This document shows, one piece after another, positions 9,241 to 17,158 of a stretch of DNA of 58,839 bases; the stretch's first letter is position 1, and each line of letters starts with the position of its first letter. A model generated the notes under the pieces. It did not search any database. It worked only from the letters and a program-made list of their open reading frames with translations, and had not been told where the DNA came from. Source of the stretch: Chloroflexota bacterium (GTDB lineage: Bacteria; Chloroflexota; Limnocylindria; Limnocylindrales; CSP1-4); the NCBI GenBank assembly GCA_034434735.1, contig DAOTYQ010000086.1, positions 1 to 58,839 on the forward strand, read 5' to 3'. The translations under genes and the position numbers were made by a program.

Positions 9241-9408
9241 GGTGCTCGTGTCCTCCGCACCGACCGCTGCCGCGGTCGGCGGTGTGGATGTTCGGTTCGG
9301 GCATCGGTGCTCCCGGCGGCGGAAGGGCTCCGTTCGCGCCGCCCGGCGCCGCCGATGCCGGCGTGGGCAGGTCCGCGACCGGCCTCGGCGGCCGGCCCGG
9401 ATTGGCGG

Positions 9409-9933
9409 CTAGTCTACGCCGAACCGCCGAAGCGGGTCGTCGGGAAGGTCGCCGTCGGCGACGACGGTGCGGGCGAGGTCGGCGGCCAGATCGGGGGCGA
9501 AGCCCGCCCGGGCCAGGAGGGCGTAGGCCCGGGCCCGGCGGCGGGCCGGGTCGGCGATCCGGGCGAGGGCGGCCCGACGGCGGTCCAAGAGGCGCTGGGC
9601 GGCTGCCGCGTCGGCGGCACCACCCTCGACCGAGACGGACGACCGACGGTCGCCGGCCGCAGCGTCGGCCGCCTCGGTCGCCGCAGTTGCGCCGGTCTCG
9701 GCGTCGCGTTCGGCGAGGACGGCCTCGACGACGGCGTCGTCGATCCCCCGGAGGCGGAGCTCGCGCCGCAGGGCGAGGGCGCCGCGCGGCCGGGTCCGGT
9801 CTCGAGCGGCGACCCAAGCCCGGGCGAAGGCGAGGTCGTCCAGGTAGCCCGCGGCGAGGAGGCGGGCGACGGCGGCCTCGACGAGCCGTTCTGGGTAACC
9901 TGCCCCGAGGAGGCGTCGGCGAACCTCGGCCAC
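9409..9933 (-). CDS. recX: RecA regulator RecX
   Basis: RecX three-helix repeats (AEVRRRLLGAGYPERLVEAAVARLLAAGYLDDLAFARAWV). Lies immediately downstream of recA. The GTG at 9933 is the first canonical start, but the RecX-like sequence continues upstream (see findings). Confidence 0.8.
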   Translation of the reverse strand: MAEVRRRLLGAGYPERLVEAAVARLLAAGYLDDLAFARAWVAARDRTRPRGALALRRELRLRGIDDAVVEAVLAERDAETGATAATEAADAAAGDRRSSVSVEGGAADAAAAQRLLDRRRAALARIADPARRRARAYALLARAGFAPDLAADLARTVVADGDLPDDPLRRFGVD

Positions 9934-10045
9934 GGAGCGTGGCCGGGCCTCGAGGAAGCGGGCGGCGGCGTCGAGGACCGGACCGACCTCGGCGAGGCCG
10001 CCTCGCTCCGCTCGGCGATCGGCGGGGGTGCGGCGGGTGCGCGTC

Positions 10046-11116
10046 CTACTCGACCTCCTCGATCCCCTCCACCGGGAGCCGGATCTCGTTCATCCGGGCC
10101 CGGATCCGGGCCTCGATCTCCTCGCCGACGGTGGGGTTCGTCCGGAGGAACTCCTTCGCCGCCTCCCGGCCCTGGCCGAGGCGGGTCTCCCCGAAGGTGA
10201 ACCAGGCGCCCGTCTTCGTCACGATGTCCATCGCCACGCCGACGTCGAGGAGGCCGCCCTCGCGACTGATTCCCTCCCCGTACATGACGTCGAACTCGGC
10301 GACCCGGAAGGGCGGCGCGACCTTGTTCTTGACGACCTTGACCCGGACCCGGCTGCCGATGGACTCGCTCCCGCTCTTGATCGTCTCGACTCGTCGGATG
10401 TCGAGCCGGACCGAGGCGTAGAACTTCAGGGCTCGTCCGCCGGGCGTCGTCTCGGGGTTGCCGAACATGACCCCGATCTTCTCCCGGAGCTGGTTCGTGA
10501 AGACGAGGGCCGTGTTCGAGCGGCTCACCGCCCCGGTGAGCTTGCGGAGGGCCTGGCTCATGAGCCGGGCCTGGACGCCGACGAAGCTGTCGCCCATCTC
10601 GCCCTCGATCTCGGCCCGGGGCACGAGGGCGGCGACGGAGTCGACGACGACGCAGTCGACGCCGCCGGAGCGGATGAGCGTCTCGGTGATCTCGAGGGCC
10701 TGCTCGCCCGTGTCCGGCTGGCTGACGAGGAGCTCGTCGACGTTGACCCCGCAGGCTCGGGCGTAGCCCGGATCGAGGGCGTGCTCGACGTCGATGAAGG
10801 CCGCCACGCCGCCCCGCCGCTGGGCCTCGGCGATGATGTGCTGGCAGAGGGTCGTCTTACCCGACGACTCGGGACCGAAGATCTCGGTGATCCGGCCGCG
10901 CGGGATCCCGCCGACCCCGAGGGCGAGGTCGAGGGCGATCGACCCGGTCGGGATCGCCTCGACCTGGAGCTTCTCGGCCGAGCCGAGGCGCATGATGGCG
11001 CCTCGGCCGAACTGCTTTTCGATGGAAAGGATCGCCGCCTCGACGGCACGGGAGCGCTCGCTCGCCGCCCGCTCCCCGTTCCGCGTCTCGCTCGGTCGTT
11101 CGCCCGTCATCGCCAT
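10046..11116 (-). CDS. recA: Recombinase RecA
   Basis: Motifs [15 protein letters not shown] and [35 protein letters not shown] (Walker A), with AGGAG 9 nt upstream of the ATG. Confidence 0.97.
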   Translation of the reverse strand: MAMTGERPSETRNGERAASERSRAVEAAILSIEKQFGRGAIMRLGSAEKLQVEAIPTGSIALDLALGVGGIPRGRITEIFGPESSGKTTLCQHIIAEAQRRGGVAAFIDVEHALDPGYARACGVNVDELLVSQPDTGEQALEITETLIRSGGVDCVVVDSVAALVPRAEIEGEMGDSFVGVQARLMSQALRKLTGAVSRSNTALVFTNQLREKIGVMFGNPETTPGGRALKFYASVRLDIRRVETIKSGSESIGSRVRVKVVKNKVAPPFRVAEFDVMYGEGISREGGLLDVGVAMDIVTKTGAWFTFGETRLGQGREAAKEFLRTNPTVGEEIEARIRARMNEIRLPVEGIEEVE

Positions 11117-11185
11117 GGTCGCTCGCTCCTGTCGTGGGCGGTCACGGTCGACGGAGCGAGCGCCGCGAACGCCCGCCCGGCCGGC

Positions 11186-11353
11186 TCAGCCCTCGGCCTC
11201 CGCCTCCGGCTCGACTTCCGGTCGCGGTTTCCGCGGTGGGCGGATGACCTCGACCTGCATCGGCGGCTCTGAGAGCGGTTCGAGCCTCGGCTGCGTGACC
11301 TTGTCCTTCGGCTTCTTCTTCGGCTCGCGGTGCGGACGGTCTCGAGAACCCAT
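11186..11353 (-). CDS. Small Lys/Pro/Glu-rich protein (55 aa), unknown function
   Basis: Below the track length cutoff. ATG preceded by GGAGG with a 7-nt spacer. Mostly G/C-ending codons (AAG, CCG, GAG). Translation MGSRDRPHREPKKKPKDKVTQPRLEPLSEPPMQVEVIRPPRKPRPEVEPEAEAEG. Fills the tgt-recA gap. Confidence 0.4.
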   Translation of the reverse strand: MGSRDRPHREPKKKPKDKVTQPRLEPLSEPPMQVEVIRPPRKPRPEVEPEAEAEG

Positions 11354-11395
11354 GCGATCGCCTCCGCATCGAACTCCAGGATATCGAGGGGCCCT

Positions 11396-12580
11396 TCACG
11401 CCGACTTCACCGCGGCATCGCCGACCGTCGTCCGACCGGCTCGCAGCCGGAGGTCCGGGAGGCTGGTGGGGAACGTCCCGGCCCGCAGTGCCGCGCGGAT
11501 CCTGGCCATGAAGTCTAGGGTGAAGGTGAGGTTGTGGCAAGTTGCGAGCCGGTAGGCGAGGAGCTCCCGGGCTCGGAAGAGATGGGCGAGGTAGGCTCGC
11601 GAAAAGGTCCGACAGCAGATGCACGGGCAGTCCTCCTGGACCGGGGCCGGGTCGTCGAGGAAGCGGGCGTTTCGGATGTTCAGCTTGCCGCCGGGGATCC
11701 AGAGCTGGCCGTTCCGAGCGACCCGGGCCGGCAGGACCGAGTCGAAGAGGTCGACCCCGCGGTCGACGGCCTCGAGCAGGTCCGCCGGGGAGCCGAGGCC
11801 CATGAGGTACCGCGGTCGCGGGTCGGCACCGAGGGTCTCGACGACGACGTCGATGGCCGCCGCCCGCTGGCTCGGGGTCTCGTCGCCGGCCAGGCCGCCG
11901 ATGCAGAGCCCGTCGAAGGGGAGGCCGGCGATGAAGCGGGTCGAGGCGGCCCGGAGGTCGGGCTCGAGCCCGCCCTGGATGATCCCGAAGAGGGCCTGGT
12001 CCGCGCGCCGGTGGGCGGCGAGGGACCGCTCGGCCCAGCGATGCGTCCGCTCCGTCGCCGCCGCCACGATCGCTCGATCCGAGGCGGCTGGCGGGACGGG
12101 TTGGTCGAAGGCGACCGCGACGTCGGCGCCGAGGGCTTCCTGGACTTCGATGGCGAACTCCGGCGTGAAGCGCCGGAGCGAGCCGTCGAGGTGGCTCCGG
12201 AAGGTGACCCCGTCGTCGTCGACGACCCGCAGGTCGCCGAGGGAGACGACCTGGAAGCCGCCCGAGTCGGTGAGGATCGGTCGATCCCAGGCCATGAACC
12301 GATGCAGGCCCCCGAGGCGGGCGATCCGCTCGTGGCCGGGGCGCTCGGAGAGGTGGTACGTGTTGGCGAGGATGATCGTCGCCCCGACGGCCCGCAGGTC
12401 GGCCGGGTCGAGGGCCTTGACCGTCGCGTTCGTCCCGACCGGCATGAACTGGGGTGTCTCGACGACGCCGTGCGACAGAGAGAGGCGGCCGAGGCGAGCC
12501 CGGCTGGCGCCCTCGGCCGGGGGTGGGACGACGATCTCGAACCGGGCGGCCCCACTCACCCGAGGACCCTCCGCCCGCAC
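11396..12580 (-). CDS. tgt: Queuine tRNA-ribosyltransferase (tRNA-guanine transglycosylase)
   Basis: Motifs ETPQFMPVGT and LTDSGGFQ, and zinc motif CPCICC...H. Confidence 0.95.
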   Translation of the reverse strand: MRAEGPRVSGAARFEIVVPPPAEGASRARLGRLSLSHGVVETPQFMPVGTNATVKALDPADLRAVGATIILANTYHLSERPGHERIARLGGLHRFMAWDRPILTDSGGFQVVSLGDLRVVDDDGVTFRSHLDGSLRRFTPEFAIEVQEALGADVAVAFDQPVPPAASDRAIVAAATERTHRWAERSLAAHRRADQALFGIIQGGLEPDLRAASTRFIAGLPFDGLCIGGLAGDETPSQRAAAIDVVVETLGADPRPRYLMGLGSPADLLEAVDRGVDLFDSVLPARVARNGQLWIPGGKLNIRNARFLDDPAPVQEDCPCICCRTFSRAYLAHLFRARELLAYRLATCHNLTFTLDFMARIRAALRAGTFPTSLPDLRLRAGRTTVGDAAVKSA

Positions 12581-12620
12581 CGGTCCCGGCCGCCCCGCTC
12601 CGGGCCGGGCCGCCGGCCGG

Positions 12621-12848
12621 TCAGCGGACCCGGTCGATGAGCCATGCCAGGACCGAGAGGACGACCGAGACGAGGAGCATCGTCGCCAGCGGGATGTAGA
12701 TGACGAGTCCGTCCCGCTCGATCCGGATGTCGCCGGGCAGTCGCCCGACGAATGGAATCTTCGGGGCGACGACGAGGATCGCCCCGAGGACGACGAGGAC
12801 GATCCCGAGGCCGATGAGGATCCGACCGATCGGTGCGAGATCGGGCAT
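12621..12848 (-). CDS. DUF2905-type small membrane protein
   Basis: 75 aa with two hydrophobic helices flanking GRLPGDIRIERDG. This is the usual location next to ruvB. Confidence 0.8.
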   Translation of the reverse strand: MPDLAPIGRILIGLGIVLVVLGAILVVAPKIPFVGRLPGDIRIERDGLVIYIPLATMLLVSVVLSVLAWLIDRVR

Positions 12849-12875
12849 CGACGACCTCCGTTCCAGGTGGCCGAC

Positions 12876-13958
12876 TCAGCGCCCGGATGGACCGGCGGCG
12901 ATGTCCCAGATGGGCGCCATCTCGGCCTCGGCCCGCCGCGGCGGCGGGATCTCGTACCCGAGACGAGCGAGGTGGGCCCGGGCTGCCTCGGTGGCGACCC
13001 GACCCTGTGGGGTCCGGTCGAGGAAGCCGAGCCGGAGGAGGTACGGCTCGTAGACGTCCTCGATGGTCTCGACCTCCTCGGCCAGGACGGCGGCCAGGGC
13101 CGCGACGCCGACGGGTCCCGAGCCGAACTTCTGGACGATGGCGGCGAGGAGGCGGCGGTCGGTCCCGTCGAGGCCGGCCTCGTCGATCTCGAGGTTGGTC
13201 ATCGTCGCCTCCACGGCCGCCTCGTCGATCCGGCCCGAACCGTGGACCTGGGCATGATCCCGGACCCGCCGCAGGAGGCGGTTGACGACCCGGGGCGTGC
13301 CACGCCCGCGGCGGGCGATGGCTCGGGCGGCCGCCTCGTCGATGGCGACGCCGAGGATCCGGGCCGACCGGAGGACGATGGCGGTCAGCTCGTCCAAGGC
13401 GTAGAAGTCGAGCCGGTAGGTTGCCCCGAAGCGATCGAGGAGCGGGCTGCTCAGCCGCCCGGCCCGGGTCGTCGCGCCGACCACGGTGAAGGGCTTGACG
13501 CTGAGCCGGAGCGAGCGGGCCGAGGGTCCCTTCCCGATCATGACGTCGACGACGAGGTCCTCCATCGCCGAGTAGAGGGTCTCTTCGATGGGCTTACCGA
13601 GGCGATGGATCTCGTCGATGAAGAGGACGTCCCGCTCGTCGAGGGCGGTCAGGATGGCGGCCAGGTCGCCCCGCCGCTCGAGGGCCGGCCCCGACGTATA
13701 GCGGATGTTCACCCCGAGCTCACGGGCGACGATGGTGGCGAGGGTCGTCTTGCCGAGCCCGGGTGGCCCGTAGAGGAGGATGTGATCGGCCGCCTCTCCC
13801 CTCCCCCGGGCGGCGGCGAGGAGGACGGAGAGGTTCGCCTTGACGTCCCGCTGCCCGATGTATTCGTCGAGGGAACGGGGCCGGAGGGTCGCCTCGGTGA
13901 TCCGGTCGACCTCGTCGAGGACGTCGGCGGCGAGGACCCGGAGGACGTCGTCGGTCAC
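12876..13958 (-). CDS. ruvB: Holliday junction helicase RuvB
   Basis: Motifs [12 protein letters not shown] and Walker [15 protein letters not shown]. Start set at GTG 13958, internal to track ORF 12876..14081. Confidence 0.95.
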   Translation of the reverse strand: MTDDVLRVLAADVLDEVDRITEATLRPRSLDEYIGQRDVKANLSVLLAAARGRGEAADHILLYGPPGLGKTTLATIVARELGVNIRYTSGPALERRGDLAAILTALDERDVLFIDEIHRLGKPIEETLYSAMEDLVVDVMIGKGPSARSLRLSVKPFTVVGATTRAGRLSSPLLDRFGATYRLDFYALDELTAIVLRSARILGVAIDEAAARAIARRGRGTPRVVNRLLRRVRDHAQVHGSGRIDEAAVEATMTNLEIDEAGLDGTDRRLLAAIVQKFGSGPVGVAALAAVLAEEVETIEDVYEPYLLRLGFLDRTPQGRVATEAARAHLARLGYEIPPPRRAEAEMAPIWDIAAGPSGR

Positions 13959-14065
13959 GGCCCTCAGTCTAGCACGACCCGTGGGTCTTTCGTACGCATG
14001 TTCGAACGCGGCTCGTGGGTCGGGAACTCCGAGTCCGGGACTAGGACTTCTGGCATCATTGGCGC

Positions 14066-14542
14066 ATGCGACTCTCGGCACGCTCGCAGTACGGGCTGCG
14101 AGCGCTCATCGACCTCGTCCGCCACGGCTCCGAGGGCCCGATCCCCCTGGCCGTCCTCGCCGAGCGGAACAACCTGCCGCCGAAGTTCCTCGAGCAGATC
14201 CTCGCCGTCCTCAAGCACGCCGGCCTGGTCCGGACGACCCTCGGCGCCCGCGGCGGCTATACCCTCGCCGCCGACCCCCGGAGCGTCACCATCGGCCGGG
14301 TCATCCGCCTCCTCGACGGCGCCCTGGCTCCGCTCTCCTGCGTCTCCCTCCGCTACTACGAGCCCTGCACCTGCCCCGACGAGGCGACCTGCGCCCTCCG
14401 CGACGTCATGATCGACGTCCGCGACGCCATCCTTTCGGTCCTCGATCGGGAGACCCTGGCCGAGCTCGCTGCCCGCCAGGGCCGAGCATCCATCGATCCG
14501 CGCGGCCTCCACGCCGATGCCCTCGCCGGACTCCGGCCATGA
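14066..14542 (+). CDS. Rrf2-family transcriptional regulator (Cys-rich, possible Fe-S sensor)
   Basis: N-terminal wHTH ([17 protein letters not shown]..., [19 protein letters not shown]). Cys cluster C-x8-C-x-C-x5-C. Confidence 0.9.
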   Translation: MRLSARSQYGLRALIDLVRHGSEGPIPLAVLAERNNLPPKFLEQILAVLKHAGLVRTTLGARGGYTLAADPRSVTIGRVIRLLDGALAPLSCVSLRYYEPCTCPDEATCALRDVMIDVRDAILSVLDRETLAELAARQGRASIDPRGLHADALAGLRP

Positions 14543-15054
14543 CCGGTCAGGAAGCGGCTGGCACGGCCGACGGCCGCCCCTATCGACCGTCCGTCGGCCT
14601 CTGCGTCTTCAACGCCGACGGCCTCGTCTGGGTCGGCCACCGAGCCCGCGACGACGGGCCGGGCTGGCAGATGCCCCAAGGCGGCATCGACGAGGACGAG
14701 ACGCCGCTGGCGGCCGGGCTCCGGGAACTCGCCGAGGAGACGGGGATCCGGAGCGTCGTCCTCCTCGGCGAGACGAGCGACTGGCTGACATACGACCTGC
14801 CGCCCGATCTGCCGCGACCGCCGCGCTGGGCGAACCGATACCGCGGTCAGCGCCAGAAGTGGCTCGCCCTCCGCTTCGTCGGTTCCGAGGACGAGATCGA
14901 CCTCGAGGCCGAGGAGCGCGAGTTCGACGCTTGGCGGTGGGTTCCCCTCGCCGCCGTCCCGGAGCTCGTCGTTCCCTTCAAGCGGCCCGTCTACGAGCGG
15001 GTCGCCGCCGAGTTCGCCCGCTTCGCCCGGCCGACCCCAACCGAGAACCGCTGA
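14539..15054 (+). CDS. rppH: Nudix hydrolase, RNA pyrophosphohydrolase RppH-like
   Basis: Motif YRPSVGLCVFN, Nudix box GGIDEDETPLAAGLRELAEETGI, and QRQKWLALRF. Its ATG overlaps the Rrf2 stop (ATGA). Confidence 0.85.
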   Translation: MTGQEAAGTADGRPYRPSVGLCVFNADGLVWVGHRARDDGPGWQMPQGGIDEDETPLAAGLRELAEETGIRSVVLLGETSDWLTYDLPPDLPRPPRWANRYRGQRQKWLALRFVGSEDEIDLEAEEREFDAWRWVPLAAVPELVVPFKRPVYERVAAEFARFARPTPTENR

Positions 15055-15082
15055 AGCCGAGCCCGCCCTCGCCGGCGCCGTC

Positions 15083-15670
15083 TCAACCGCGGACGAGGCT
15101 GCGCAGGGCGGCCTTGACCCGTTCCTCGAGGCTCGCCCCGGCGTCCGGCGTCGCCAGGGCCGCCCGGGCCGCGGCGCGGGCTTCGGCCTGCGAGTAGCCG
15201 AGGGCGAGGAGGGCCGCCACGACGTCCGACTCGCCGCTGCCCGCCGGACCGGTGCCGGCGGCCGTCGCCGCCGCGGCGACCTTCTCGCGGAGCTCGAAGA
15301 TGATCCGCTCGGCCAGCTTTCGGCCGACGCCGGGCACGGCGGTCAGGACCGCCTGATCGTCCTGGAGGATCGCCAGCTGGAGGTCGGCCGGCGGTCGCGA
15401 CCCGACGATGGCGAGAGCGACCTTCGGGCCCACCCCGTTGACGGTGAGGAGGAGATCGAAGAACCCGAGCTCCTCGGCCGAGCGGAAGCCGTAGAGGGCC
15501 TGCTGGTCCTCGCGGACCAGGTGGTGGACGTGGAGCTTGAGACGCTCCCCGGGGCGGGCGGCGGCGAGGACGGCCGGAGGCGCGAAGACCCGGTAGCCGA
15601 CCCCGCCGACCTCGAGGACGAGGGCGTCGGCACCGATGGCCCCGACGACGCCGTCGAGGGAGGCGATCAT
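15083..15670 (-). CDS. ruvA: Holliday junction DNA helicase subunit RuvA
   Basis: Motifs MIASLDGVV...VGGVGYRV and HhH region LLTVNGVGPKVAL / LTAVPGVGRKLAERI. Confidence 0.95.
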   Translation of the reverse strand: MIASLDGVVGAIGADALVLEVGGVGYRVFAPPAVLAAARPGERLKLHVHHLVREDQQALYGFRSAEELGFFDLLLTVNGVGPKVALAIVGSRPPADLQLAILQDDQAVLTAVPGVGRKLAERIIFELREKVAAAATAAGTGPAGSGESDVVAALLALGYSQAEARAAARAALATPDAGASLEERVKAALRSLVRG

Positions 15671-16272
15671 CGCCCCGGGCGGCGACCGAGCTCCTCGGCC
15701 TCCCGCGCCAGGGCCTCGGCGACGGCGACCTCGAAGGCCGTCCGACCCCGTCGGACGGGCCCGGCGGCGGCGAGGTCGAGGGGTCCCGCGGCGGCGCCGA
15801 CCCCGAGCGGCCAGCTCTGGGCGGCCCAGACGGCGACGGCGAGGGCGTCGGCGGCGTCGTCGGGCGTCGGTGGCTCGTCGAGCCCCAGGATCCGGGCGAC
15901 CATGGTGGCGACCTGCGTCTTGTCGGCCCGACCCGCCCCGGTGACGGCGATCTTCACCGCCGAAGGGGTCGCCTCGACGTGCGGCACGCCCCGCTCGGCG
16001 GCGGCGAGGAGGACGACGCCGCGCGCCTGGCCGACGGCGAAGGCCGTCTGGGCGTTCCGGGAGAAGAAGACCCGTTCGACGGCGAGGACGTCGGGCTGGT
16101 AGAGATCGATGAGCTCGAGGACGGTGGCGTGGATCGTGAGGAGCCGGGCCGGGAGGCCGGCGTCGGGGCTGGTCGTCCGGCAGCCGGCGTCGAGGGCGCG
16201 GAGGCCGCCGGTCCGCTCGACGACCCCGTAGCCGACGGCGGCCGTCCCGGGATCGATCCCGAGGATGATCAC
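15667..16272 (-). CDS. ruvC: Holliday junction resolvase RuvC
   Basis: Motifs MIILGIDPGTAAVGYGVV and LAVERVFF..NAQTA. 4-nt overlaps with both yebC and ruvA. Confidence 0.95.
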   Translation of the reverse strand: MIILGIDPGTAAVGYGVVERTGGLRALDAGCRTTSPDAGLPARLLTIHATVLELIDLYQPDVLAVERVFFSRNAQTAFAVGQARGVVLLAAAERGVPHVEATPSAVKIAVTGAGRADKTQVATMVARILGLDEPPTPDDAADALAVAVWAAQSWPLGVGAAAGPLDLAAAGPVRRGRTAFEVAVAEALAREAEELGRRPGR

Positions 16273-17021
16273 CCGGCGACCTCGGCGAAGACGTCCTCCG
16301 GGATGTCGAAGTTCGCCGTCACCCGCTGGACGTCGTCGAGCTCCTCGAGGGCGTCGATGAGCCGGAGGGCGGCGCGGGCGCGCTCGGGATCGAGGCTGAT
16401 GGTCTGGCGGGCGACCATCGCCGTCTCGGCCGACTCGATCGGCAGCCCGGCGGCCTCGAGGGCCCGTCGCACCGACTCCAGATCGCTGGGCGACGTGTAG
16501 ACCTCGACCCGGTCGGGATCGTCGGTGTCGACGTCCTCGGCCCCGGCATCGATGGCGGCGAGGGCGATCTCTTCGGCGTCCCGCCCACGGCGCGGGACCG
16601 TGATGATGCCCCGTTGCTCGAACTGCCAGGCCACGGCCCCGGCGCCGGCGAGCTGGCCACCGTGCTTGGAGAAGACCGACCGGACGTCGGCCGCGGTCCG
16701 GTTCCGGTTGTCGGTGGCGGCCTCGACGAGGATCGCCACGCCGCCGGGCCCGTAGCCCTCGTAGACGATCTCCTCGTACTGGTCCGCTTCACCGCCTCCC
16801 ACGGCTCGCTCGATGGCGCGCCGGATGTTCTCCTGGGGCATGTTGATCGAGCGCGCCTTTTCGATGGCGAGCCGGAGCCGATAGTTCGCCTCCGGATCGC
16901 CCCCACCCTGGCGGGCGGCGACGGAGATCTCGCGAGCGACCTTCGTGAAGAGGGCACCCCGCTTCGCGTCGTTGGCGCTCTTCTGGCGCTTGATCTGGGA
17001 CCATTTCGAGTGCCCGGACAT
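16269..17021 (-). CDS. yebC: YebC/PmpR-family transcriptional regulator
   Basis: Motif MSGHSKWSQIKRQKSANDAKRGALFTK. Confidence 0.95.
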   Translation of the reverse strand: MSGHSKWSQIKRQKSANDAKRGALFTKVAREISVAARQGGGDPEANYRLRLAIEKARSINMPQENIRRAIERAVGGGEADQYEEIVYEGYGPGGVAILVEAATDNRNRTAADVRSVFSKHGGQLAGAGAVAWQFEQRGIITVPRRGRDAEEIALAAIDAGAEDVDTDDPDRVEVYTSPSDLESVRRALEAAGLPIESAETAMVARQTISLDPERARAALRLIDALEELDDVQRVTANFDIPEDVFAEVAG

Positions 17022-17158
17022 CGCGCCGGAGTATAGCGGACTATGATGAGCCGGCCGGCCCCCTCCCCGGGCGTCGCCCGGTTCGTCCGTAGGCCGGGCT
17101 CCCGCCGACCCCGTCCCACCCGAGATGGGCCACCGATCTGACAGCGCGAGAGGATCCG

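Noticed and set aside
9250-9304. ATG 9304 with GGGAG 5 nt upstream ([14 protein letters not shown]...) in the recX-rny spacer.
   Set aside because: The ORF runs out of frame into rny as part of the 990-aa shadow ORF 6845..9817, and its composition is non-protein-like. The hairpin CCGACCGC/GCGGTCGG there looks more like an rny leader or recX terminator structure.
11117-11395. Search for LexA/SOS boxes (GAAC-N4-GTTC or TCGAAC-N4-GTTCGA) upstream of recA. The ruvB (13959-14065) and yebC-ruvCA (17022-17158) spacers were also searched.
   Set aside because: I found only isolated half-sites (GTTCGA near 11375, GTTCGAAC at about 14005) and no complete box. The lineage-specific LexA motif is unknown to me.
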